A DNA stretch of 64,000 nt from Chiloscyllium plagiosum (lineage: Eukaryota), in the NCBI RefSeq assembly GCF_004010195.1, contig NC_057719.1, positions 41,920,139 to 41,984,138 on the forward strand, written 5' to 3'. Shown here piece after piece: positions 36,613-51,078 of this stretch (the stretch's first letter is position 1; each line of letters begins with the position of its first letter). The translations under genes were made by a program, and so were the position numbers. The notes below the pieces were generated by a model that saw only the letters and a program-made list of their open reading frames with translations, had not been told where the DNA came from and made no database searches.

Positions 36613-37261
36613 CCAGTTTTACTAAGTATATGAAGAGAACAATGAACGTAGTTCTGCACTCCATAAGATTCTAATGTTTCTGCTTTATTCCCAACAAAGC
36701 AGCATGGCATCATCAGATTAGGTGAAGTTTAATACAGTCTCCAATAGAAACCTTTTCAGAACCATTACCCAATAAATTTATATTAGAGCTGTAAAGAGAG
36801 AAAGCTGACAGACTGTTGATCAGCCACACCTCATTGTTAGTTCTTAATAAGAGAACCAAGAGAACACACAATGTATCTTAATGGTGGAAATCAGGTTTCA
36901 GATCTTCAGCACTGGTAGTTCTTTTGTTTTATTTGAGGTGAAAACAAAACAGGTTTCCTGTCAAATGCTTTTCCTGTGCCCTTTCTACTCTGTTAATATG
37001 TCAAAAACTGTGAGGAAATTCACAAATCTTGTCTCACAAATCTTACCTTCCCATCCCTACCTGATCATCAATAAATCAACAACTAGGGTTCTCAATATAA
37101 ATCAATGGAGTCAGTCAATCTCAGCTAATATTTTAATATCAGGCATTCACTAGAATGAAAATACTGATATAACTTAAAACCACTGAAATGATCCAAATCG
37201 TCCAATGTAACATGAAGCAATGGAATATCTCGATACCTATTTTAGTCAGCGGCGAATGTAG

Positions 37262-37357
37262 AGTAATAGATTAGGGAATGGGTCTGGGAGGGTTACTCTT
37301 CAATGGATCGGCGTGGACTTGTTGGGCCAAATGGCCTGTTTCCACACTATAGGGATC
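37262..37357 (+). mobile_element. HE1 SINE 3' tail fragment
   Basis: gggtctgggagggttactcttc...gtggacttgttgggcc...cctgtttccacact. Confidence 0.7.
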
Positions 37358-38499
37358 CTATGAACTATCAATAAAATAATGAGATAATTCTACTTTGTAT
37401 CTATTCCATTTGGAAAGGCACTCGGCTGCTCTGGAATTAGGAATATTCGCAGATGGCCATTGACAATTGTAACTACACAAATGTCAACTAAGTATCTAAA
37501 ATGCATGAGGGAGTTTACCAAATCAATAATTGACATTCTTGAGGAGGCTAAGGAGAATGCATTACACAGTATTAAATATATGAACGTACACTGGGATACT
37601 CCAATCATGATGGCTGAGCAAAGACTGATAATATGGCTTTTCTGTTTAAAAAATGTTTGAAGGCAGTTGAATTTGAAAGGTAGCAGCTCCATAGATGAGC
37701 TATCAATGTAGATGGGCTATCAGATTATCTGCAAGTTAGTGGCTGATAATTTAATTTTTTTGCTTAATTGTGCAGTAATAAAAACATTTTGACACATTCT
37801 TCATTGATCTGTTGTATGAATCTCCGCAAAATCATGAAACGTGTAAAACACATCATTCACATTATGGCAAATTGCTTTGGTTTCTGACAAATTGTCTCTT
37901 CTAATAGCTTAAAAGCACTTTACATGGGTTTATTGGATGTTGTCTACTTTAACATAGGCACATTTTGGAAATGTTGCAATTTAGTTTAAGTAGTAAAACC
38001 TATTTTACATTCATCTCTGAATAAGTGCATTTGATTTATTCATTTTAGTTGGTATTTTATCTTTGGGAACAAAGAACATGTGGTAAACCTGAATTTTATG
38101 TCGAGACAGCAGTGCAGTGGAATCACCCATGCCTCTGTCTCTGCCTGGCTGGGTAACCTAGACCTGATTTTTCAGTGACAATGGGCTCAGTTTAGGGCTT
38201 CTGCCCCCATCTGAAAGGAAGTCCCAACTTCAAATGTTGCCGGCCAATCAACTAGTCCCAGGAGCACCAGGAGACATGGCCACTGCAGTCAGTTCCTCAG
38301 CAGGATCATCACTGGGTATTGAACAATTGGTATGGGTGGGCCATGATTGGTTGGCGGGAGTTGGTGGGGGTGGAGCTGACCATTGCAGGGACCTCCGTTG
38401 AGCTCACTAAAGAGGTACCAGCCCAGCTTGCTGTCAGATGACTGAGATAAAGTTCCAGTGGAGGCAATGAGACAATGGGCATAGTGCTCCTAATTATAG

Positions 38500-38798
38500 G
38501 AGCGACACGGTGCTTAGCACTGTTGTCTCACAGCACCAGGGACCTGGGTTCAATTCCTGCCTCAGGTGACTGTGTGGAGTCTGCACATTCTCCCTGTGTC
38601 TGCATGGGCTTCCTCCAGGTGCTCTGGGTTTCCTCCTACAGTCCAAAGATGTGCAGGTCAGGTAAATTGGCCATGCTAATTTGTCCATAGTGTTAGGTGC
38701 ATTAGTCAGAGGGAAATGGGTCTGGATGGATTACTTGTCAAAGGGTCAATGTGGACTTGGGCTGAAGGGCCTGTTTCCACACTGTAGGGAATCTAATC
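38500..38798 (+). mobile_element. HE1-type V-SINE
   Basis: GGTTCAATTCC B box, V core, tail ending aatctaatct. Confidence 0.85.
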
Positions 38799-40004
38799 TT
38801 ATGCCACCTGATTTTACACATCCCACCCCAAAGCTGGCAGCTGACTCCTGGGGTGGTGGGGAGGTGTAGGGGTGGGCAAGTAAACTTCTAGTCATGAAAT
38901 CCTGTTGTGGAACTTGCCTATGCAAACTCCACAGGTAGTTAATTGTAAATATTTTTACAAGAGGCCCTTTTTGCGAATCTAACATATCTTCCTTTTATTA
39001 AAATACATTTTGTAATAAAAAAGTATCTATCAGAAACAAATGGAACCTCACAGTACTAATGTTTTGAAAATATTATCAAGCGAAAAATGATTTTCCAGCT
39101 TTACATTTATAAAGGCAGATCAAAATCTGAATGATATTCCACCCAAAATATATTGCCTTTGAGAGGTTACCTGTGCCTGTAAATAACCAGCTCTTAGAAT
39201 TGTCACTCAGCACGGTGTTTATAGTTTTCTGTACTCATGTCATCAGATCACTGAAGGTCAATGAACTATTATAATGCTGCCTGAAGCAGGCCCCTTGAAC
39301 ACATTCATTATCAGTTTTTATGCTACTCATCTTACAGATGTATGCCAATGCTTTTCATGAATGTTAAAGTGTGAGTTTAGCTCTTGTGTGACTGAAACAT
39401 AACAAATATAAACATATAAAATAATGGCCTTTTTGACTGTGTCTTCATTAGAAGTAATTATCTACTTTGTTACTTTCACATTTTAAAAACAGAAGTAGCT
39501 GTATACATGTTGGTAAACTGTTGTAAGTCAAAACCAAGTGTATTTTTTTTTACTCTGCATCACCTTTGAATTATCTCTTTGGTACTTCCTTAAATCTGGT
39601 CATAATTATCCTACAAAGCAACCTGCTTGTCTTGGATTATATAAAGCAGTATTCCCATATCATTCTAATTGATAATGCACAATGACTCATATCTTCAATG
39701 TTTTACACTTGTCTTTAGGTCTAAACAAGTTTTCAGTAATGTGTTCAGAAAACAAGTAGCAAATCTAGTTCATACTTCCATCAGTTTCCATTTTAATATT
39801 AAAACATTAAGTGTAGTTATCTTACAATAATTAACAAGCATGTAGGAATTAGACATATATTGTTACACAATTAGGCAAGAAAACCATTCACCCAAATCTC
39901 TCAAAGTTAAAATAATCAGATTTTTAAACTATTTAATTACACACTGAGGAATGAATTCAAATTTTTTCTGCACATTTTGCCATCTTCAACTGGGTACAAA
40001 CATA

Positions 40005-40335
40005 GAGTTCTTACAGTGTGGAAGCAGGTCATTTGGCTCACTGAGTCCACATTGACCTCCAAATAACATCCCACTCTAATCCACCCCATCCCTGAAACCC
40101 TCCACTTCCCCATGGCTAATCCACCTAGCAAGCACATCCCTATGGGCAATTTAGCATGGCCAATGCACCTAATCTTGGCACATCTTTGGACTGTGGGAGG
40201 AAATCAGAACACCTGGAGGAAACCCATGCAAGCAGGAGAATGTGTAAACTCCAGAGAGTTGCCCAACGCTGAATCAGAGTCGGGTCCTTGGTGCTGTGAG
40301 GCAACAACGCTAAGCACTTAGCCACCATGCCACCC
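40005..40335 (-). mobile_element. HE1-type V-SINE (diverged)
   Basis: Head, core and tail recognisable on minus. Confidence 0.8.
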
Positions 40336-43159
40336 TCCACTGTCCCAGCAACGGTAATCAGGTTATTGTTTATTTAATATGTATTGTTGTTTGAAATAAT
40401 AGCAATATATTTCCAAGTGAGAATAATACAGGGTTTGAATGTGGAGCTGGTGACATTCCTATGCAACTGCTGTGATTATTTTGGGTGTTAGAGATTACAG
40501 GTTTGGAGAATGCTGGGGAAGAAGCCTTAGCAAGTTGTTGGTGTGCATCTGGTCAATGGTACATGCTGCGCCAGAGGTAAAAGGCATGAATGTTAAGGAG
40601 TGCCGATCAAACATGTCGCCAAGTTCTTTGATTCACATAGTACTGAGTTTCTTGAAGATGGCTGAGTAAAACAATTGTTGAAACTGCACCAAAATCTGTC
40701 ACATTATATTACTTTTTAGAATTCAAACTGGCATTGCAGTGTGACATTTTCACGAATCTATGTGTGTGCACAAATGTACAAAGATTACAGGATTGGGAAA
40801 AGGTGCAATGTTTTCCAAGATCAAATATTTTTCTATTATTTATTGTTTGTGGGGAAGCCTGAAATCCAGCTGGTTCTACGGAATTAAAACTCAGCAAAAT
40901 GTCAAAGTTTTCAGGCTGATCAACAGTAACTTCTGACTACCAATTTAGTATCCAAAATTGTACTGAAAAGATGGCAAACAACGTTGTTCAAGTGCCAGTA
41001 ACTGTACTGTACAGATTTCCATATTCCAGTGTAAACAAAATGATGTAAAAGAATATCTGTGGAGAACCTCTTTCACAAGTAAACAACATCAGGCATAAAA
41101 TTTAATATGAATAATCTTTGACATTTCTCCTAATTAAGCTAATCAGTTAAGAAGTTTGTTTTTTTCATCTGCTGCCTGCTATAATTTTCTTTCATGTGTT
41201 CCAAAATCCTTTATATTTATTCAGTAGCACAGTCTAGTCCTTGTTATTCTTCAGTAATTTCAAAATTAAAATTAAAATGAACCATTAAGTTGAAGTTGTG
41301 CACAGCCATATGTCCCTGATTTCCTCTGCATTTTTTCCCAGTGCGTAGACGCGATGGGCTGAACGGCCTGCTTCCACACTGTAGGGATTCTTTGGTTCTC
41401 CGGTGACCACTTTCTGTAACTGTCAAATCTTCTTTATGAAGCTGTATCAGAAACACATGTCTTATTTCAAACCTGGTAACAACATGTCCACATGCTTTTC
41501 TTCTTAAATATCCTGTCCAATTAATCATTCCTTGTGTTCAGTTATTGAGCTTTTTTTCACTGGCATTGATTTAATGGTCATAATAGATACTATTAATTTA
41601 AATGACAGATGAAAAATTGTCATTAATATTGCTTTATTCATTTTTGTATTCTATTAAAATAAAACACATATAGATATTAAGGCCAGCTGGGTCAACCCGT
41701 TTCCAGCACTTTATGTGTCATATACATTAATCAAATCATTGTACAGTTAAATGAATGTGTTTTCTTTTTTTAAGGAGTAATATTAAATTAAGGAGTAAAT
41801 CTAAACGGCACCAAATTTGTAAATAAATAATAAGTAACAGAATGTACCTAATTGTAGCTATACATCCTGTTTAAAACGTATTACTATACTGTAATAGATT
41901 ATTTCCACCATTTCACAACAGTACTTTAAATATTTTGGTTCAGATTAATATCATTTATTTTGTCTACAGCACCAGCTTGTGGTGGATATTATAATTGCGT
42001 GTAAAGATTGAGTATTGTCCAGCAGGTTGACAACAGTACAAATGTTTTTCAGTGCACTGTGGTATTGAAGTCATCTGTGATCTGCATGTAAACAAGTATG
42101 CTTATTGAAACATAAATCTTTACTATTATTTGAAGAATCTAGGAATTGTTTACAAATACATTTCTCCCCTCATTTTGCTTTAATTTTATATAACACATAC
42201 TCTCTTAGTCCATTACTTTGTTCATGCATCTAATTCTTTGTAAATGTGAAGTCTCACTTTCAACCTACATTTTCAGAATCTTTTATTGGTATATGAATTT
42301 TGTTCTACCCATGAGATATTGTTTCGAAATGAATACAGAATAAGGCAGAATCACGTAAATGAAGAATCATTTTTCAAAGAAAGGCAAAGATAGAAGAACT
42401 CTGAATTACGATAATATCACCGATCATGACTAACCTCTATCTTCATCAAAATTAAGGGGGCATTTATATTCTACCATCAGCAAAGATACAGTCATTTCTG
42501 CTTTGTACAAAATCTCTGCAGTGTAAATTAAGAGTCAGGGCCTAACCCAGCACTAAACTGAAGCAGAACAAGACTGCCATCTTCTCTGGTAAATGCCTAG
42601 TTTTACCAGAGTTAAATCCAAAATGATGGCTTAAACTGTACAATAAGCAAAGCAGAGTGAGACTTGTTCCTCCTGGGAGTACCTCTCCCTGATGTAAATG
42701 TTCGACTGTGCCATAACCTTTGGTATAGGCTCCATTACAAATCAATGGTAGTTTCAATTGTACTTCAAATTTGCTACTGCTTTTACAATAGCAGCTATAT
42801 AGGAACATAGGAATGGAGTACTTTGTCCCTTGATTCTGTTCCACCATTCCATGAGATCTTTAATCAAATTCCATCCCTCTGTCTCAGTCTATATCCCTTA
42901 ATATTGAAGAGACCAAATGCATAGATCACTCAAATATTATGAACAATCACTGGAAATAATTAAAAAGACCAAATCTCCTCTATATGTGGATGTTTAGAAT
43001 ACAAGGCTAAATATAATACAATCTGCCATTATACATCCACTCCACCAACTTGTACACACCATGATTCAGCCCCTGACTAAAATACTGTGAGCATTTGGGC
43101 ACCTCACCTCAAGAAAGACACGTTGGTCTTAAAAGGAGTGCAATACTGACTTACTAACA

Positions 43160-44050
43160 TCACAGAATTGCTATGCTGCAGAATGTGACATTCAGCCTAT
43201 TGTGTCTGCACTGACTCTGTCAATGAACATAATGACTTTAATGTCATTCTTCTGCCTTTTCCCCATAACCCTGAATATTGTTTCTTGTAAATAATCATAT
43301 AATGCCCTATTACATGCCTCAGTTGAACCTGTCTCCACCACACTTTGAGCTAGCGCATTCCAGACCAGTACCACTCATTGCATGCAAAGTTCCTCTTATG
43401 ATCAGAAGCAGTTTTTCACTATCTACCCAGTCCAACCCTTCATGATTTTGAAACTTTAACTGTATCTTGTCTTAGTCATTTGTTCTCCAGCAAATATAGT
43501 CCCAACTTCTCCAATAGGTCTTCTGAAGATGTTCATCCTGGAAACATTCATATAAATTCACGTTTTCTGCACACTCTCCAATGCATTCGCATTATTCTTA
43601 GAGTGTGCTGCCCAGAACTATAAACAATCCTGCAGCTGAGATTAAATGGTGTCTCATATAAGTACAACATAACCTCCTTGGCTTTTCCTTATGCCCCTAT
43701 TAGTAAAGTTGGAGATGGTTCATGCTTTGTGAACTGTTTTGTTTACCTGCCCTGCCACCTTGAGTGAATTATGGACTTCTGCTCTTGCATATCCTGAAGG
43801 ATATTTTATCCTGTTTCTCCATCTTGTTCTAACAAAATGTATCACCTCATACTACTCTGTATTGAACGTCATCTGCCACTTATTCATCTACTCCACCAAC
43901 TTGTCAAAGTGCTTTTGGAATTCCACACTGTCCTCTTATTCTACAATGTTTCCAAGTTTTGCACCATTTGCAAAGCTTAAAATTGTCCCCGGTCTCCAAG
44001 ATCTAGATCATTAATATATATTAGGAACACATCCCAACATTGACCACATC
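43160..44050 (-). mobile_element. Old CR1 3' portion
   Basis: VLVWNALAQSVVETGS and degenerate upstream CR1 motifs. Confidence 0.7.
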
Positions 44051-44054
44051 GTAT

Positions 44055-45198
44055 ACTGCTCAGAAAGGTTAGACTGCATGGAATCCAGGGCAAGCTGGCA
44101 AATTGAAGACATGATTGGCTTGATGGTAGGAAGCAGAAGGTAATAGTGGAAGGATGCTTGTCAGACTGGAGGCCTGTGACTAGTGGAGTGCCTCAGGGGT
44201 CAATGCTGGACTCATTACTGTTTGTTATCTATATCAATGATTTGGATGAGAATGTACAGGGCATGATTAGTAAGTTTGTAGATGTCACTAAAATAGGCAT
44301 TATTGTGGACAGTGAGGAAGGTTGTCAGCAATTGTAATAGGACCTTGATCAGCTGGGGAAGTGGGACGAGAAATGGCAAACAGAGTTTAATATAGATAAG
44401 TGGGAGGTCTTGCATTTTGGAAAGTCAAATCAAGGTCGGAGTTTCATGGTGAATGGTAGGGCCTTAAGGAGCGTAATGGAACAGAGGGATCTTGGTGTTC
44501 AGGTTCACAGTTCTCAGAAAGTGGAGTCACAGGTAGACAGGGCAGTGAAGAAGGCTTTTGGCACACTGGCCTTCATCAGTCAGGGCATTGAGTATAGAAG
44601 TTGGGAAGTTATGTTGCAGTTATACAGAACGTTGGTGAGGTCTCACTTGGAGAACTGTGTTCAGTTTTGGTCACCTTGTTATTAGGAAGAGTGCTATTAA
44701 ACTGGAAAGAGTGCCGAAGAAATTTACAAGGATGTTGCCTGGATTCAACAGTCAGAATGACAGGGAGAGGTTGGACAAGCTAGGACCTTTTTCTTTAGAG
44801 CGTAGGAGACTGAGAGGGAAACTTATAGAGGTGTATAAGAGCATGAGAGTCATGCATAGAGTGAATGCGCTCAGTCTTTTTCCCAGAGATTGGGAATCGA
44901 GGACGAGAGGGCAACAGTTTAAGGTTAGAGGGGAAAGAATAAAAGGGAATCTGAGGAGCAACATTTTTACACAGAGAGTGGTAGGCATATGGAATGAGCT
45001 GCCAGCAGAAGTGGTTGATGCTGGTACATTAATAACATTTAAAAGGCATTTAGACAAATACATGGATAGGAAAGAACTGGAAGGATATGGGCCAAGTGCA
45101 AGGAAATGAGGTTAGCTTGGATGGACATTTTGGTTGGCTTGGACCAGTTTGGGTCAAAGGGCCTGTGTCCTTGCTGTAGGATTCTATGACTCTATGAC
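44055..45198 (+). mobile_element. CR1 LINE, 5'-truncated
   Basis: [12 protein letters not shown]...YINDLD...LERRRLRG...FTQRVVGIWNELP; tail tctatgactctatgac. Confidence 0.95.
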
Positions 45199-45289
45199 CA
45201 CTCGACTACTCCATTGCAAACCTTAATCCAGGGTGAAAGATTTCTGATCACTCAGTAAATTTTGTATCCATTTTGCTGATCAATTGTGA

Positions 45290-45450
45290 AATTAAAATCT
45301 GAGATTGAAAGATTTATAATAACTAAAGGTATTAATGTGATGTGGGACAGAGATGGATATATGGATTTAGGTTGTAGGTCACCAATATCCATGTTAAATT
45401 GTGGAACAGATTTTGGGGTTAAATGGCCTCTTCCTACTCCTATGTTCCTA
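45290..45450 (+). mobile_element. CR1 3' tail fragment
   Basis: LKSEIERF...aaatggcctcttcctactcctatgttccta. Confidence 0.65.
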
Positions 45451-45529
45451 ATTCCTCAAATAGTAAAAATGTCAGTAATTTCCTATTTAAAATTATTAAT
45501 TCAGCTGACAGTTATTGTTTTCTTTTTGT

Positions 45530-46790
45530 GAAAAACTGTTCCACACTGCTACAACCCTTTGAAGAAAGAAGCTTTTCTTCATTTATTTCTTCAATGGCCT
45601 AGTTCTGATTTTAAGATTCACGACTCCAGCTTTGCAGAAACACTACTTTTCCGTTACTAGCAGAATGTTCTTCTTTCTAGCCACCCCATCAATTTCTTTC
45701 AAAGTCCTAAATATGCTAATCAAATTCTCCTTAAGTTTCTATTTGACTGTCATGCAAGTCAACACAATCTCTGCATATAATCTAACTCTTTCAACCTTGT
45801 ATGGCACATATCCCAAAGTCAATGTATCCTTTCTAAATTGCAGTGCCTAGAACTGTAAATCAGATATGTCCCACTCATGTCTATGTTTAGCTGTAGCAAA
45901 TCTTCCTCCCTCTACATTCTAACCCTCCAATTTAGAAAAACTAGAAGCCTTTTGACTACCATTTAATGTGACTATGACATTCTAGTGTGTAAACACTGAT
46001 CTAAAAGTTCTTTGGAATTCAATTGTTGCTTGTTTTTCATTGTTTAAAAGATTGGTTTTTCTTTACCTAATATTGATGGCCACACACTTTCCTGCATTGA
46101 GGTACATCTACCATTGTTTTGTGTCTTGTTTAATCTATCTTTGTGAATTGACATTCCTGACTATGCTACTTACCGAGTTACCAATCAGTCTGTCATTAAC
46201 AAACCAGTATATGTAGCTCTCTAATATGTTATTAAAATCTTTAATAGTACAATGAGTAGTTAAAGTCCCAGCACAAATTTGTATGAGACATCACTAGTTA
46301 TTTTCTTCCAATTACCAATTGTTCTTTCTTTATATCTATTATTACCTAAACAGCCTTCAATTCCGTGAGCATTCATTTTCATATAAATTCCATCCATAGA
46401 CATTCCCCTGTCAAATTCTTAAGTTAGTTCCTCAAAAAAGTCAACTAGATTTACTGGATATGACCAATCCTTTACAAATCTATAATCCTTTACAAATCTA
46501 ACAGCTCAATTTTCTTCAAGTACTTAGTTAGTCAATCCTTTATTAAATTCCAATATCTTTTTCATATATTATGCCAACAAATCTAAAGCTTCCTAATTTG
46601 TTACTAAAATAATGGAATTACATCATTACTTTTGAATCTAAAAGGACAATTCCCAGGTTGAGAGAAATTTGAAAAATTAAGGCTAAAGTATCTACTACTT
46701 CTTCTGAAATCCTGGGGAATCATCAAGTCTGGAATTTGTCAGTCGTTTGTTCCTTTATTTTTTCTAATATCATTTCTTGTTTATTTTAAC
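45530..46790 (-). mobile_element. Very decayed CR1
   Basis: Scattered CR1-like motifs on minus (ccagacttgatg, tttgaggaactaact, cagttctaggcac). Confidence 0.5.
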
Positions 46791-47063
46791 TTTAATGAGC
46801 TACAAGCTTGGATTCATTGGAAAGTGATGGCAGGTGATGGAGTGGAATTAACCAAAATTTGACTGGCTGTGAATTTCGCATGTAATACAAAAAAGTCAAA
46901 TAAACCTTTTGTACAATCGTAAACTCCTTTCAATCAATAGAAAAACAATTTACCATCTCCAAACGTCATTATAAAAATTATATGAATGCTACTATCAAAC
47001 CAGCTGCGGTTGCATAGTATACAAAGTGACCAAGAAACTGCCAGACAAGACATATATTCAGAG

Positions 47064-47190
47064 AAGGCGAAAGTGAGTAATGCAGATGCTGGAGATCAGA
47101 ATCAAGATTAGTGTAGTGCTGGAAAAGCACAGCAGGTCAGGCAGCATCCGAGGAGCAAGAAGATTAATGTTTCAGGCAAAAGCCCTTCAT
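47064..47190 (-). mobile_element. Single-arm PLE family A terminus truncated within the hammerhead core
   Basis: TSD cata(t/c)attcagag at 47051-47063 and 47191-47203; on minus the element begins at (TG)ATGAAGGGC. Confidence 0.8.
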
Positions 47191-48131
47191 CATACATTCA
47201 GAGTAGCACAACTAAAATCTTAGGATAACATCATCAACAAAGTGTAATAAGAAGCACTAAGCTCTAAATTTTCAAATATCTCAAAATCTCTGTCTAAAAA
47301 TCTCCAAATACATAGAAAGGTTAACAAAACTGATTCCATGAGCACATATTTTAGTCACCAACATAAAGTGGATTCTCCCCTTCATGCTCTTGTACGCATT
47401 CTCTGACATGGCTGTACAGATCTGGACTAAAACAGTCTCAATTAATTTAAAATGATAACTGAGATGTTCCAAAGATTTCACATCTGAATTTCCATATTGT
47501 TATCTTTCATTATACTAACTCAAGAAATCATTCCCATGTGTAATAAAGCTGAGAAATTTACTTGGAACACCTTTTAAGATATTAAACATAGCAAAATGTC
47601 AGCAGCCCCAAAAGTTTCTTTACTTTTATCCAATTTCCTGTTATTATTTTTCTGAACTGCCGGTTAAACTGTCCAATCTTTCAAACTCACTCCAAATGGT
47701 CTTTGAGATAGGTCCCTTCCTAATTTAATTTCAAGACTGATTCATTCATTGGAGCACTGGTGTTAGCTGATGGGCAGCTGGTGTTTTATGCCATTAGTGT
47801 GCTAGCAATTTGGCACCAGATTCATGCTGTAATGAGGGTGATGTGTGTATATGACAGAAGAAAGTGAGACACAAATCCAAGCATTCTGGTGGAAGCTAAA
47901 GTTTGGGTCATGCCAAGTATAACATGATGCACATGGGACAGAAATGTTAACTATTGGTTTATTTGCCCAAAGCGGATGTCATTATTCTTACTGCAAAGCA
48001 CACTGCATAAAGCTGTTTGCTCTGAAATGTTAATGCTGCCACTACGGCTGAACTGAAACCCATTGGCTTCACTGGTGTGAACAGTCTGTTGCTAACTTTC
48101 TCCTGATTAAGATAAACTCTATTGAAATTTG

Positions 48132-48297
48132 GAGATGCCGGTGTTGGACTGGGGTGTACAAAGTTAAAAATCACACAACACCAGATTATAGTCCAACAAG
48201 TTTAATTGGAAGCACACCAGCTTTCAGAGCTCCGAAAGCTAGTGTGCTTCCAATTAAACGTGTTGGACTATAACCTGGTGTTGTGTGATTTTTAACT
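48132..48297. mobile_element. Palindromic PLE terminal element (family B)
   Basis: Inverted copies of the 14595-14657 terminus centred on helix II (ctttcagagctccgaaag); TSD aactctatt(g/c)aaatttg at 48115-48131 and 48294-48310. Confidence 0.85.
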
Positions 48298-48515
48298 CTA
48301 TTCAAATTTGTTTTTAATGTTCACTTTGGCCACTACGTTTCATCAATTTTATTGGTTTGATTAATGTGCCGAGGGCCTTACAAAGGTGCAGGTTGAGAGG
48401 TTGCCCATGAACCTTATCACCTATCCCTTAATTGCTGAGGTAGTGAGAAAGGGATGAGTATATCCCCATAGCCAAACCAAACAATTACTTGCCTTACCTG
48501 GCACATTCCTCAACA

Positions 48516-48838
48516 CTGAAAATGTGCTGCTAGAAAAGCGCAGCAGGTCAGGCAGCATCAAAGGAGCAGGAGAATCGACGTTTCGGGCATGAGCCCTTTT
48601 TCAGGAATGAGGAAAGTGTGCCAAGCAGGCTAAAATAAAAGGTAGGGAGGAGGGACTTGGGGGAGAGGCGTTGGAAATGCGATAGGTGGAAGGAGGTTAA
48701 GGTGAGGGTGATAAGGTGAGAGTGATAGGCCAGAGTAGGGGTGGGGGCGGAGAGGTCAGGAAGAAGATTGCAGGTGAGGAAGGTGGTGCTGAGTTCGAGG
48801 GTTGGGACTGAGACAAGGTGGGTGGAGGGGAAATGAGT
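48516..48838 (-). mobile_element. Penelope family A 3' UTR and terminus
   Basis: Matches 54790-54980 in reverse; hammerhead core mutated to CUGAAAA. Confidence 0.85.
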
Positions 48839-51078
48839 AACACTTCAGAAGTACTTAATTGACTGCAAAGGACTTTGGGATATTCTGCTGTCAGGAACTT
48901 TGAGTTAGAGGCTTCCTTGTATTGTGTCTGTTTCCATAGAGTGCATTTTCTGCAACAGTTTGCCAGCGGCTATAGCTTGACGAATGCCTCTCCATTTCAA
49001 ATTTGCTGAGCAGAATGCCCTCTTCCTTTTACCAACTGCCACAGGTGTATGGTAGGATTTACAGGTTAATAATGAAATCACTTTCTGTGGTCATTACATG
49101 ATGGAATAGGACTCAAGCCCAGTGTTAAACTCAAAGGCTGGTACACAACCTTCTGTAACACAAAACATCCAAGTTCATGAAAGGCATAATTCTACATCTT
49201 TATTTTCTTCTTTCATAGGGACAACATTGCATTTACTAGCATTTCATGAACCTGACCCATCTTTGAACCTGGTTAAAGACTATTACAGATAGAAACAAAG
49301 ACTTGTTCTTTAACATCAAATATGAATATGGCATGTGTAGACTGCTTACCATAGTGAGACATAGACTAGAAGAAATTCATGCAGAAGCATACCAGTGCCT
49401 AGGCCTACATGCCCTTCAACAGGAAGAATATAAATTATAAATATTTTTGAATAACCTGGATGGAGTTTAATTTCTGCCACTGTGTTCAAAATGTTCAAAT
49501 GTTTAAAATGTTCATTTATTATTTCGACTGCTGTTTATGAGCATTTATTGGTTTTGCCACATACAAAAACAACATTTTGCAATAGTTATTATAACACAAA
49601 AAAAGTGGCTTGACCCATTGCAAAAGGAGAGAGAAAGTTGGTAAGGGTGAAAAGTAATTAACAATTCCAGTCTTCCTGTTGTTTTCTGATGTAAATTATG
49701 GTCTCTCTGGGGACTCATTTATTTTCCTGCAGAATACATATAATACAAACAATATGTAAATTCAGTATTTTGCATCTAAAAGCAAAACCAGTGTCAAAAT
49801 TGGGATTGAAAGGTAGCATTTACGGAACGGACAACATTTATTTTAAGTTAATCAACCATAAAAATGCTAATCGACTACAGCTGTACTTAATTATTAGTCA
49901 ATTATCTGGCTGACTTTCTACATGGCATGAAACAGATAGGAACTGCTTTTAGGCTTTTAGTTACCCTGCTGTCATCAATCCTCATCACGGCGTGTCTTGA
50001 TTTTGACAAGAGAGCAAGCATTGTCGGCAAGTAGACTCTATGCATCTGTGCAGCATGATGTGACCTTCCTGCTGAGTGTTGTGTCTTCTTGCCTATAGCA
50101 TGGAATATAAATGGCACTGAAAACTTCAGATAATTATGAAGCAGCAATGATAACTGCGGAGTAAAATAAGATATCAAAAATACTATGGGCATTATTATTT
50201 TTACTGATGTGATTGAAAAATGTTACGAAAGAGCTGCAAAGTGAATAGACATCTTTTGCTGTGGAAAGTCACGTGGGTTTTTATTATTGTTTCTGCAACA
50301 ACAAAAAAAATACTGCTGTGTTTCCAACACAACTTTATTGCCTGAAGGTACAAATTAAGATTAAAAACAGCACAATATCCTAATTCTAGGTTAATCTAAT
50401 TTTGATAGATATGTTAAATTCAAAGCCTAACTGGATTTAACAGTTGCTCCAATACTAAGGGTCAATTAGCTTCACAACTGAGTTAGCGTAAAATGTTAAT
50501 GGCTACAGAGCACACATTCTGTACTTGTTTGGGAGCCAGTAGCTGCCAATTGGCTTGAATACAAGCATGGCTGATGTCTCGAGTGAGATGTAACCATCCC
50601 ACAGATGTGACACCAGGGATCCACAGTGAGGACATATCTAGTGGCTATGTGGTGCACAATTAGCTACTTTGCAAACAATTTTTTTAAATCTCATATGTGA
50701 GAAGCATTTGAACATTTTTCACAATTGCTGTCTATACTCAGATACTGTTTATTAGAATTATGTTCATCAAGAATATATGAAACATGAACAGGAGCACACT
50801 ATCTGGCCCCTTGAATCTTCTTAACCATTCAGGGAGATCATTGTTGTTCTAATTGTGGCCTTCTTGATTAATATTCTGTTTAGCTCAGCTTTGGATAAAC
50901 TCAATGATCCAGCCTCCACTGCCTCTCTGTGGAGGATTCCAAAAATTAAAGACACTTCTGAGAAAAGTTTCTCCTCTGGTTAGTCTTAAATTGGAGGTCA
51001 CATGTATTGAATTTGTGCTAGATTCCCCTTTGATGGGATATGTACTCTCAGCAGCTACCTTGCCTAGTCTCTTCAGAA

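Noticed and set aside
39171..39370. Splice-site-like pairs on both strands
   Set aside because: The minus candidate is closed in all frames; the 33-nt plus candidate has no recognisable product or partner exons.
41970..42095. Exon-like segment after a good acceptor, starting PACGGYY (CUB-like)
   Set aside because: Stops in all three frames before the candidate donor.
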